This document shows, piece by piece, positions 43,681-53,146 of a DNA stretch of 64,000 bases (within the stretch, counting starts at the first letter, position 1; each line of letters starts with the position of its first letter). The notes beneath the pieces were generated by a model. That model searched no databases. It saw nothing but the letters and a program-made list of their open reading frames with translations, and was not told the DNA's origin. Origin of the DNA: an uncultured candidate division Zixibacteria bacterium (GTDB lineage Bacteria > Zixibacteria > MSB-5A5 > GN15 > FEB-12); the NCBI GenBank assembly GCA_963735035.1, contig CAVTJJ010000004.1:352001-416000 (forward strand), written 5' to 3'. The position numbers were made by a program, and so were the translations under genes.

Positions 43681-44139
43681 GTGCGCCTTCCAATCCAGGT
43701 AAGCATCTTCATCATTCGGCCGACCCCAGGAAGCGGTCATGAATACTTGATGCTCCACCGCGTGCTCAAGCGACTTTCGTTCTGGCAGCCGGTGACGGGT
43801 GGAGTAGAGTCGGGCGAAACTATCGAACAGGCCGCCCAACGCGAATTGACCGAAGAGACCGGTTTCGCTTCAGACAATTTGATACCTATCGGTTTCAGCT
43901 ATGCTTTCCCGCCCGACGAGTTCTTCAAAGCGATCTATGCCGAACCACCCGATGAAATCGTTGTGCACGTATTTGTCACCCGCATGGCGGTGGGAGCCGA
44001 ACCGAAGATCGATCCAATCGAGCACGATGCTTACCGCTGGTGTTCGTTGGATGAAGCTCTCGAATTGCTCTACTGGTGGGATGATAAAGAGGCGATCAAG
44101 CGGGTAGAGGCGGAGTTGGTATTGGAAAAACGCGGGTAA
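43681..44139 (+). CDS. NUDIX hydrolase (NudB-like)
   Basis: FWQPVTGGVESGETIEQAAQRELTEETG and EHDAYRW. Confidence 0.85.
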   Translation: MRLPIQVSIFIIRPTPGSGHEYLMLHRVLKRLSFWQPVTGGVESGETIEQAAQRELTEETGFASDNLIPIGFSYAFPPDEFFKAIYAEPPDEIVVHVFVTRMAVGAEPKIDPIEHDAYRWCSLDEALELLYWWDDKEAIKRVEAELVLEKRG

Positions 44140-44300
44140 AAAAAGGCAGGGCGGGACTTCCTGTCCCGCCCCGGACATCCCTGCTGAGAGGTTTGCACGC
44201 GCTCTTCCGTAAGGACGTCAAATTCTCCAGCAGCGGAACTGCTGCATTGTTGCCAGCTCCATTGTCATCCCTGATTCTGTAGTATCCTGACCGCTGCTGT
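44138..44300 (-). ncRNA. Candidate CsrA/RsmA-sequestering sRNA (multi-GGA)
   Basis: TGnTATCAT extended -10 at 44311-44303; 8 GGA motifs, several in hairpin loops; GC-rich terminator followed by U7; no ORF. Confidence 0.6.
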
Positions 44301-44361
44301 CTATGATATCAACAACTTTTCTGACAAATTGATCCACGAAGGCAATGTTTTTTTCGGGGGC

Positions 44362-44447
44362 AAAAAAAGAACGGGGCCAGAGTGGTCCCGTTCTCGCGAT
44401 GTGGTTGGGCTGAAATGTTCCAGCAAGCCTTAGTCTCTTCGGCTTTC
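44362..44447 (-). ncRNA. Candidate ~85-nt three-hairpin sRNA
   Basis: TGnTATATT extended -10 at 44460-44452; two hairpins, an unpaired C/A-rich linker, then a terminator followed by U7. Confidence 0.5.
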
Positions 44448-44544
44448 AAATAATATAACACCCAAATGCCGAAAGGGGTTCCAAAAAGTGAGTAATTTGA
44501 TCGGCATTCTCCGATCCACTTGCGCCGGCATAACTGTCTGTCGT

Positions 44545-44754
44545 TCAGTCTTTTACTGGCAGAACATGGATCGCCTTGACAATCAGCCGAACCTCATCGC
44601 CGGCCTTTAGATGCATCTCGGAGACCGACTCTGAAGTAAGAACCGAAGCCATCTCGACCGGCCCGGTCACGTCGAACTTCACGAGCGACATGATATCGCC
44701 GGTCTTGACCGACTTCACCTTCGCCTTAATCTGGTTTCTTGCGCCGTATTTCAT
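44545..44754 (-). CDS. TOBE / Mop molybdate-binding protein
   Basis: MKYGARNQIKAKV...SVLTSESV..MHLKAGD...KAIHV; AGGAG RBS. Confidence 0.88.
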   Translation of the reverse strand: MKYGARNQIKAKVKSVKTGDIMSLVKFDVTGPVEMASVLTSESVSEMHLKAGDEVRLIVKAIHVLPVKD

Positions 44755-45092
44755 ATTGAACTCTCCTGTATTGGAACATAGTCCGTTGATCTACTGACTC
44801 AAATAACATACCCCCAAAAATAGTCTTCGCCATAAAAAAAGTTCGTAGGGCAGAACCCTCGACGCTTCGGCGAGTGGTTCTGCCAATTGGCCTATCCAGC
44901 AAACATGGCAGAACCGATAAACGGTCGATGGTTCTGCCCTACGTTAACTATGGGTGCCCCGGTTAAGTCGGGGTAAAGACAGAGGGAGTGAAGCGGGGCA
45001 AGACAGAAGGTCGCTGTCATGCTGCGCGACGTCGGGACAAGTACCTTCTTACAATATCTTGTCGAGCACCAGTGCACGGTCTATATTCGCAC

Positions 45093-46774
45093 ATGCAGAC
45101 CGCCCTACACATCGCCGCCCTCGTGAATCAGCTCAAACACGAAATCGTGGGTGGGCGTTTGATCGCCACCCAGTTCTACAAGAAATCGCGTACGGCGCTG
45201 TTCATCGTCCAGAAGGGACACGAGCGGCTGGCGTTGGCGCTCATCTATCATCCCGCCGGGTCGGGTTGCTTCTGCGTACCGGCTTCAAAGATCAGGCTCG
45301 ATACGACCGAGAAACCATGGCCGATCTTCAATCTTGAAGAGGCAGACATCGAGGATGTCACCCAGCCGGAACTGGATCGGATCTTCGAAGTGATCCTGAC
45401 ACGTGATTCCGAAAAGATGCGCCTGGTGTTCGAAGTACTCGGACCCAATGGAAATATTTGGTTGATCGGAGAGGACGGCACCCGGAAGGGAACACTTCGC
45501 AATCGCAAGTATGACAAGGGTGACAAATACAACGCGCCCGTGACCGTTGACCGGATCGATCCATTCGCAATTACTTCGGAATTGCTGGTCGCCCGCATGT
45601 CCGAGCAGGCCGGGCGGTCGCCTCTGGCGGCGCTGAAGGCGGTCCTGGTCGGATTCAATGACACCATGACCCGCGAGGTGCTGACCCGCGCCGACTGCGC
45701 CGTGGTTCACCCCGAAACACTGACCGCTGGTCAGGCCGATGCTCTCGTTCGAGCGGTCGCGAGATTGCCGAACGATTCCGCGCGCCTCAGGCCGGCTATC
45801 TGTACGAACTTCGCGGCGCAGTTGAAGTATATCCGTTTCAGTTGAAAGCGGTGGACAAGCAATCGGAAAAATTCCCGTCATTGTCTCTGGCGGTTATGGA
45901 GATGACATCGCGTCAGCAGACAACTATCACCGACACCGATGATGAGCAACGTCTGCTTAAGGCGGTGGCCTCGGCCATTAAGCGGCAGGAACGACTGGTG
46001 GTCAATATCGAAGCCGATGTAGCCAAGGCCGCCGATTTCGAACGATACAAGCGGCTTGGCGAACTTCTGCAGCTCAATCGGGAACGTCTGAAAAAGGGGA
46101 TGAAGTCGATTGAAGTTGAAGACGTCCTGAGTGAGTCACCCTCTACGATCCGTATCGAACTCAATCCGGCCGTTTCACCCAGCGATAATATCGACGAGTA
46201 TTTCCGTCGCCACCGCAAAGGCCGCGAAGGAGTGGAACTGCTTCGTCGTCGGTTCGAGATCGTCACCGGTGAACTGGAATCACTTCGCGGAATGCAAGCT
46301 GAGCTCGAAAGCAACTTTGAGAATGCGAGCCAGAAATATCAAGCAGAGCTGGCGCCGCTTCTGCCACGTGAACAGGGTAGGCGAGATGTTCAACCGCGAC
46401 TCCCTTATCGAGAGGCGCGGCTATCGAGTGGCCTGACCGTCTACATCGGACGCGATGGCGCTGACAACGATCGGACTACATTCGAGTTCGCCCGTCCGTA
46501 TGAGCTCTGGTTTCATGCCCAGCAATGTGCCGGTTCGCACGTAGTTATGAAGTACCCCAACAAGTCGTTTGAACCGTCCAAACGGGAAATTGAAGAGACG
46601 GCCTCAATAGCCGCCTGGCACAGTAAGGCCCGCAACGACAGCCTGGTTCCGGTAGCCTACGCCGAGCGCCGATACGTACGAAAACCTCGTAACGCCAAGC
46701 CGGGGCTCGTAACAGTGGAGCGGGAAAAATCGGTGATGGTGGTTCCAAAAAAGGAGCTAAGTGCTGATAAGTGA
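45093..46774 (+). CDS. rqcH: NFACT-family ribosome quality control protein (RqcH/FbpA), frameshifted at about 45758
   Basis: NFACT-N (LDRIFE, FEVLGPNGN), coiled coil and NFACT-R (IGRDGADND, LWFHAQQCAGSHV, VRKPRNAKPG). Confidence 0.85.
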
Positions 46775-46859
46775 CTGTTATATAACAGCTTGACAAGAAG
46801 AACCGAGTTGGGTAAACAGGACTCAGTTTATCATAATTATTGACATTTTGACTCCATTC

Positions 46860-46877
46860 TGTTAGTTATGGCTAACA
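46860..46877. promoter_or_regulatory. Putative TetR autoregulatory operator
   Basis: TGTTAG-N6-CTAACA inverted repeat just downstream of TTGACA (46840) and upstream of the tetR RBS. Confidence 0.55.
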
Positions 46878-46891
46878 ACATAGAGGTATGT

Positions 46892-47488
46892 ATGAAAGCT
46901 GTAGTTAACCGCAAACAACAGATCCTAGATTTCGCCACTGAATCGTTTAGCCGCGACGGTTACGACCGCGTGACTGTCAAACAACTAGCTGATCGGTGTG
47001 GCATAACCGAACCGGCGGTCTACCGCCATTATCCGTCCAAGGATGCAATCTATATCGCCGTGCTGGAATCTTTGCGCGACCGGATCGACTACCAGGAACT
47101 CTTCGCACGTCTCGAGAACGAGAATGATCTTCAGGTGATGCTCAGCACCATCGCCGGTCACATCATTGCGTTCTATACTGAAAATGCCGATATGTATCGC
47201 CTGCTTCTATACGCCGCTCTGCGGGGTCACGACCGCGCCAAGCGCATATTTGAACTGATCCGCGGTACCTATGTCAAGTTCCTGACCGCCCAGTTCGAGC
47301 GAATGCAGCGTGATGGACTCATCATCGAGAAGCAGCATGAATTGACGGCCCGCTGCTTTGTGGCCATGGTTTTTGACTGCGCCCTCAGCTACACCCTGTG
47401 GAAGGGGTTCGTGGGCAAGTCATACGAACCTCAGACCGTGGTGGCCAACAACGTTCCTATCTACGTGCGTGGGTTGAAAGCTTCCTGA
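46892..47488 (+). CDS. TetR/AcrR family transcriptional regulator
   Basis: HTH region ILDFA...GYDRVTVKQLADRCGITEPAVYRHYPSK. Confidence 0.92.
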   Translation: MKAVVNRKQQILDFATESFSRDGYDRVTVKQLADRCGITEPAVYRHYPSKDAIYIAVLESLRDRIDYQELFARLENENDLQVMLSTIAGHIIAFYTENADMYRLLLYAALRGHDRAKRIFELIRGTYVKFLTAQFERMQRDGLIIEKQHELTARCFVAMVFDCALSYTLWKGFVGKSYEPQTVVANNVPIYVRGLKAS

Positions 47489-47643
47489 TATCGGGTAAGT
47501 TTTAACCAGCCCGCTTTGGGCGGTTTAGACTTTATAGTTTAGTACATCTCCTATAATGCTCGGGGACCACTCACGACGTTATCGGCCGATTCATGCCAAA
47601 TTCCAACGTTGCGCACCGCAAAGGGTGTTCTTAATATTGGCCC

Positions 47644-49383
47644 ATGAACCTGGCGAGGCTACTGGAGAAACTCAAGCTGTCCGGGCCGCATGCTCTGGTC
47701 ATAATTGCGGTAGGGGTGGGACTCGCAACCGCCGGGGGAGCCCTTGGATTCCGTGCCCTCATAGGCTACTTCAACCATTTGTTCTTTGGATTAACTGACC
47801 AACGTCTATCGCAGGCGCTCGGAGGTGGCTTCAAGTACTGGTTGCCTATTATTCCGATGATTGGTGGCCTCCTGGTAGGACCGATCGTTTATCGATTCGC
47901 TAAGGAAGCCCGGGGACACGGGGTTCCCGAAGTTATGAATGCTATCGCTCGCCTTGGTGGGATCATTCGACCGAGGGTCGCGGCCGCCAAAGCCGTTGCC
48001 TCGGCGATATGCATCGGGTCAGGAGGATCGGCTGGCCGTGAGGGACCGATTGTTCAGATAGGCTCCGCACTGGGATCAACCATCGGCCAGTACCTTCGGC
48101 TTTCAGAGGACAGGATAAAGGTGTTGGTCGGTTGCGGAGCGGCCGCCGGAATATCCTCCGTGTTCAACGCCCCCATCGCCGGGGTCATGTTTTCAGTGGA
48201 GATCATTCTCGGTGACTTCACTATTGCTACATTTTCTCCGGTCCTGGTTTCGTCGGTAGTCGCGTCGGTCTTGACGCGAACCGCGCTCGGCAACCACCCA
48301 GCGTTTGAATTACCCGGTTACAGTCTCGTGTCGGCCTGGGAAATTCCGCTATACATGGTAATGGGAGTGATTCTCGGAGTTGTTGCAGTCTTGTTCACAC
48401 GAAGTCTGGATGTTGTCGAGGATTTCTTTGAGCGGCTGAAGATGCCCGATATCCTAAAACCGGCCTTGGGTGGTCTCCTGCTGGGCTCGGTAGCAATTTT
48501 CTTCCCTCAGATTCTAGCCGACGGGTACGACACTATTCGACTGTCCCTTAACGGGCAGATTGTCGTCTGGCTTCTCGTTGTTCTGATCGTCCTGAAGATA
48601 TTGGCCACCTCGTTGACCCTCGGCTCCGGAAACTCAGGTGGCATTTTCGCTCCCTCGCTGTTCATGGGGGCGATGACCGGCGGAGCATTTGGAGCCTTAG
48701 CCAACAAGATCTTCCCAAGCGCGACGGCAAATTCCGGGGCGTACGCGCTGGTTGGGATGGCTGGCCTGGTGGCAGGAACCACCCATGCCCCCATGACTGC
48801 GCTACTGATTATCTTTGAAATGACCAACGACTATCGCATCGTTCTTCCTCTGATGGTCACCGTGGCCGTGGCGTCGATGGTGGCCAGACTGCTCTTCTCC
48901 AATTCAATCTACACGATAAAGTTAGCCAAAAGAGGCATAGACATTCGGTCGGGCAGAGATATTAACGTTCTGAAAGCTCATAGAGCGGCTGAAGTTCTTG
49001 TCGCCGAATATGGTTCGATCGCCATGTCTTCTACAATTCCTGCGATACTGACGAAAATGGAGGAATCGAGAGAGTCGGATCTCATTGTAGCCGACGGAGA
49101 AGGTCATCTTCAGGGCCTGGTATCGTTTCAGGACCTGCGTGGCCTCATCACCAAGCGCGAACTTGATACTCTGGCTGTGGCGTATGATTTCGTCCATCGT
49201 GAGATCGAGGCCGTGACGGCGGAAACTGATCTTGAACTTGTTATGAACGCCTTCAACGTCAGGGGCACCAGATTGCTTCCGGTAGTCGACAACAAGACTT
49301 CCAACAAAGTCATTGGCATTATCCGTAAAGATGATCTAATCGAATTCTACAATCAGAAGCTCGTTGAGCACTTGAAACGCTGA
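47644..49383 (+). CDS. ClC chloride/proton transporter with CBS domains
   Basis: GHGVPE, GSAGREGP and GGIFAPSLF; C-terminal CBS pair. Confidence 0.92.
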   Translation: MNLARLLEKLKLSGPHALVIIAVGVGLATAGGALGFRALIGYFNHLFFGLTDQRLSQALGGGFKYWLPIIPMIGGLLVGPIVYRFAKEARGHGVPEVMNAIARLGGIIRPRVAAAKAVASAICIGSGGSAGREGPIVQIGSALGSTIGQYLRLSEDRIKVLVGCGAAAGISSVFNAPIAGVMFSVEIILGDFTIATFSPVLVSSVVASVLTRTALGNHPAFELPGYSLVSAWEIPLYMVMGVILGVVAVLFTRSLDVVEDFFERLKMPDILKPALGGLLLGSVAIFFPQILADGYDTIRLSLNGQIVVWLLVVLIVLKILATSLTLGSGNSGGIFAPSLFMGAMTGGAFGALANKIFPSATANSGAYALVGMAGLVAGTTHAPMTALLIIFEMTNDYRIVLPLMVTVAVASMVARLLFSNSIYTIKLAKRGIDIRSGRDINVLKAHRAAEVLVAEYGSIAMSSTIPAILTKMEESRESDLIVADGEGHLQGLVSFQDLRGLITKRELDTLAVAYDFVHREIEAVTAETDLELVMNAFNVRGTRLLPVVDNKTSNKVIGIIRKDDLIEFYNQKLVEHLKR

Positions 49384-49645
49384 ACGCTCGTGTGTTGGAA
49401 TGTGGCGCTGGTAGACCCCGTGGATACCGCCCGCGACCGGCGGTTTCGACATCTTCGCTGACGCAACAGATTACCGTGCCGTCAGGCGTCTCGGCCTGAC
49501 GGCGCTTCTGTGTTTGGCTCCAAAAACCTCTATTGACGCGCCATATCTAACAATCGTAGGTTTAGGCAGCCGAAGGTAGCTGTCGTTCATAACCGGCCAC
49601 TCATACCGGTTCGAAACAAAGTTATCATAGACAGGCGGTGATTCC

Positions 49646-51466
49646 ATGAAAATGTTCAAGCGATTCCCGTCGTACGATCAGATCGTCCGTGGCGCCGTAT
49701 CGACGGCAGCGCGATTTCCGTTTACCCTCATCAGCGCCCTTGTCGGAGTTGTGGCGGCGGCCACACTGGCTGGGTTGGGCCAGGCCGCCGAGCGTCATTC
49801 ATTGGATCAACTATTGGTTACCGCGGCTCTGGGCCTGCCGTTGTTTACCGCCCTGGTGATGCTTGCCGAAAAGCGGGGCTGGTCCAGCGTGGGTCGTCTG
49901 CTCTTTCAGGCGGTCGGCTTGGTGTTGTTGATTGTGTACTATCTCACGTTGCCCGCCAAGCTCGACGAACCGATGAATAATCTCGTGCGCTTTGCACTTC
50001 TGAATATCGGCCTGCACTTCCTGGTGGCCTGGCTCCCGTGGACGGGAAAAGACCAGGTAGTCGGTTTCTGGGAATACAATAAGACACTATTTCTGCGCAT
50101 ACTCTTCTCGGCCTTATACTCAGCAGTTCTCTTCGTGGGATTGGCGCTCGCTCTTCTGGCGGCCGACCAGTTGTTTGGTGTGGAAGTGAAAAACGAGCGG
50201 TACTTCCAGCTCTGGATATGGATCACCGGGCTGTTCAACACCTGGGTTTTCCTGGCCGGTGTGCCGAAAAATCTTGAAGTCCTAAACCGGGGCGGTGAAT
50301 ATCCCAACGGACTCAAAGTGTTCACACAGTTCATCCTATTGCCGCTGGTTGTTCTCTACTTTGTTATCCTGTTTGCTTACGAAGCAAAGATCATCATCAC
50401 CTGGGACTGGCCGAAAGGTTGGGTTTCGGAACTGGTGCTTTGGTACTCGGTGGTGGGAATACTCTCGCTGCTGCTCTTGCACCCGCTTCGGGATCGGCTC
50501 GAAAACCGATGGATTCAGGCGATTTCGAAATGGTTCTACCGCGGCCTGATACCGCTCGTGGCAATGCTCTTCCTGGCCATTATGAGGCGAATATCCGAGT
50601 ATGGCATTACGGAGAATCGTTACTTCGTCTTTGCTATGGCGGTGGGTCTGACGATCGTGATGATTTATATGGTGGTCAGCAAGCGTAAGGACGTGCGCCT
50701 GATTCCGATAGTCGTCTGTCTCATCGCGTTCATCTCAGCCTATGGTCCCTGGAGTGCCTTAGCGATTTCTCGTTCCAGTCAGCAGAGCCGTTTGGACGCT
50801 TTAATGACAAAATGTGGACTTCTCGCTGGCGGTAGCCTGCAGAAACCGACGGTGGAGCCGTCGCTGGAAGATCGGCAGGAAATGAGCAGCGAGGTGGTCT
50901 ATCTCAACAAAATGCACGGAACCGACGCCTTCTCGGGCTGGCTGGCCGATAACGTCCTTCGGGGACTGGACAGCGTGTCTCAAGGCAGTCGGGCTGAACA
51001 GATCACCGGGAAGCTTGGCTTTGTATATGCGAACACGAGCTGGAGACCCAAAACCAGTGAGTATTTTCATCTGGCTGCGGATGATATACGACCGATCGAT
51101 ATCTCCGGGTATGACCTGATCCTGCCGTTCTGGGCCTTGACAGGATCGGATACGACCAGAAAATTCTCGATAGATCAAGATAGCTGCTGGCTGGTATTCG
51201 ACTCGGCCGCATGTAATCTAACGTTCCGAGTTGGGACGGGATCATCCAATATAATGACCACCACGGTCATCCCGCTGAAAGAGCCTCTTATAGCGCTCAT
51301 GGACAGTTCGACGACTGAGAAGCTCACGTCGCAGGATCTGACCTTCCGTGCGGTAGGAGCCGACACAACCACTCGAGTATGGTTGGAGATAGTCAACGGC
51401 CGACGGACAGAAGCCGGTCTGGAGATCAATTGGCTGAATGGGTTACTGATGATACGCAGGCCCTAA
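49646..51466 (+). CDS. DUF4153-like membrane protein
   Basis: RFPFT, FWEYNK, WDWPKG, RRISEYGITENRY and GPWSA. Confidence 0.75.
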   Translation: MKMFKRFPSYDQIVRGAVSTAARFPFTLISALVGVVAAATLAGLGQAAERHSLDQLLVTAALGLPLFTALVMLAEKRGWSSVGRLLFQAVGLVLLIVYYLTLPAKLDEPMNNLVRFALLNIGLHFLVAWLPWTGKDQVVGFWEYNKTLFLRILFSALYSAVLFVGLALALLAADQLFGVEVKNERYFQLWIWITGLFNTWVFLAGVPKNLEVLNRGGEYPNGLKVFTQFILLPLVVLYFVILFAYEAKIIITWDWPKGWVSELVLWYSVVGILSLLLLHPLRDRLENRWIQAISKWFYRGLIPLVAMLFLAIMRRISEYGITENRYFVFAMAVGLTIVMIYMVVSKRKDVRLIPIVVCLIAFISAYGPWSALAISRSSQQSRLDALMTKCGLLAGGSLQKPTVEPSLEDRQEMSSEVVYLNKMHGTDAFSGWLADNVLRGLDSVSQGSRAEQITGKLGFVYANTSWRPKTSEYFHLAADDIRPIDISGYDLILPFWALTGSDTTRKFSIDQDSCWLVFDSAACNLTFRVGTGSSNIMTTTVIPLKEPLIALMDSSTTEKLTSQDLTFRAVGADTTTRVWLEIVNGRRTEAGLEINWLNGLLMIRRP

Positions 51467-51491
51467 TGAAAGAGGCCCCACCTCGGGGCCT

Positions 51492-52589
51492 TTACGGTAA
51501 CGTTCGCCGGACTTTTTCGCCGGTCATCGCCTCGATCTCGTCGAGCAGCATCGTCTCAAGTTCCGATTCCGGGGCGGTCTTGATGATCTCGCCCTTCTTC
51601 ATCAGGATCGCTTTCCCCTTGCCGCCGGTTATGCCGACATCGGCCGCCGCCGCCTCTCCGGGGCCGTTTACGGGACATCCCATGACTGCAACCTTGAGAG
51701 ACGATTTCATGTGTTTGGTCTTCTGCTCGATCGATTCGGCCAGCGAGATTAGATCGATCTCACACCGTCCGCAAGTAGGGCAGGAGATGATTTCTACCCC
51801 TTCCTTGCGTAGCGCACAAGATTTGAGAATCTGCTTCGCGACCCTGATTTCGTGAATCGGATCGGCTGAGAGCGAGACCCGGATCGTGTCACCTATTCCG
51901 GTCAGTAGGATCGCACCGATCCCGACCGAGGATTTGATCGTCCCGGTCTCCAGCGTACCCGCCTCGGTAATTCCGACGTGTAGCGGATAGTCGCATCTCT
52001 GTGCGAGCAGATGATACGCCCAGAAGGCGGTCGTGGTGTTGGTCGATTTGACTGAGATTATGATATCGTGAAAGTCGAGTTCTTCGAGAATAGCCGCTTC
52101 GCGCAGAGCGGCTTCGACAAACGCCCGATGGTCGTCGTGGCCGTACTGCTCCAGCAGATCCTTCGGGAGCGAACCCGAATTAACGCCGATACGGATCGGA
52201 ATGCCCTTGTCCTTGGCTGCTTTGGTGACTTCGCGCACTTTCCAGGCCTCGCCGATATTTCCCGGATTGATCCTGATTTTGTCGAATCCGGCTTCAATTG
52301 CGGTCAGCGCCAGTTTGTACTGGAAATGAATGTCGGCCACCAAAGGGCGTTTGACTTGCAGTTTGATCGCTGCCAGTCTTTCGCCGGCGTCGGCGTTGAG
52401 CACCGAAAGTCGGACGATGTCCGCTCCGGCGTCGAATAGCTGGTTGGCCTGTTGTACGGTCGCATCGACATTGCGGGTGTCGGTGTTGGTCATCGACTGG
52501 ATGGCGATCGGGAATCCGCCCCCGATTATAACTTCGCCTACTTTGACGGCGCGGCTGCGACGGCGTTCTATCGGATAATTTAGTTCCAT
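51492..52589 (-). CDS. ispG: HMBPP synthase
   Basis: IQSMTNT, VADIHF, RINPGN, CPTCGR and MGCPVNGPGEA. Confidence 0.96.
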   Translation of the reverse strand: MELNYPIERRRSRAVKVGEVIIGGGFPIAIQSMTNTDTRNVDATVQQANQLFDAGADIVRLSVLNADAGERLAAIKLQVKRPLVADIHFQYKLALTAIEAGFDKIRINPGNIGEAWKVREVTKAAKDKGIPIRIGVNSGSLPKDLLEQYGHDDHRAFVEAALREAAILEELDFHDIIISVKSTNTTTAFWAYHLLAQRCDYPLHVGITEAGTLETGTIKSSVGIGAILLTGIGDTIRVSLSADPIHEIRVAKQILKSCALRKEGVEIISCPTCGRCEIDLISLAESIEQKTKHMKSSLKVAVMGCPVNGPGEAAAADVGITGGKGKAILMKKGEIIKTAPESELETMLLDEIEAMTGEKVRRTLP

Positions 52590-52666
52590 AAGCTTTGTTG
52601 ACCCATTCCAACTGAAGGCATAATTTACCCGTTGTACGGAACAGTGCAAACGAAAGTTGGTTTCCG

Positions 52667-53077
52667 GTGATCTGGCTGAAACGGCTCCTGCCCCTGTTTA
52701 TTATCGCGCTCGGCTACGGCGGGTACTCCATATGGGACAAATGGTATACCGAGAGGGAGATTCGCGACGAAAGCGAAATAGCGCTGGTTACCGCCCAGGT
52801 CTGGATTGCCACCGCTAAGTACCGCAACGACCCGGCCAGGTATATGCAGTTCCGCGATTCACTCCTTAAGGCCACGGGAGTGCCCCGCGACCGGGTGATG
52901 AAATTCCTGGAACGACGGGAGAGTGAACCGGAAGATCTCCTACCGTTTGCTCAGATGGTACAGAAAGAAGTCGACTCGCTCTACAAGATTGAGGATTCGA
53001 TAGCTCTGGCAGCGGTGAAAGCCAAATCGGTCGAAGATTCGGCGAAAGTTGTCGGTGCGAAGCCTCGAATTCCGTAA
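52667..53077 (+). CDS. Hypothetical membrane-anchored protein
   Basis: N-terminal TM; 136 aa. Confidence 0.6.
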   Translation: MIWLKRLLPLFIIALGYGGYSIWDKWYTEREIRDESEIALVTAQVWIATAKYRNDPARYMQFRDSLLKATGVPRDRVMKFLERRESEPEDLLPFAQMVQKEVDSLYKIEDSIALAAVKAKSVEDSAKVVGAKPRIP

Positions 53078-53146
53078 ACTTGGAAGGGGCACCCGGTCTG
53101 GTCCGACGATGTTATGGGTACCAACAGATTGTCAGGGAGATATGAT

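Noticed and set aside
44138..44447. tRNA, SRP, 6S or tmRNA identity for the two candidate RNAs
   Set aside because: There is no cloverleaf or T-loop, no SRP domain IV or 6S long-rod layout, and both are too short for tmRNA. An Rfam search is still needed.
47489..47643. Fluoride riboswitch upstream of the ClC gene
   Set aside because: No crcB-motif consensus is visible, and the protein has GREGP rather than the CLC-F-type GREGT signature.
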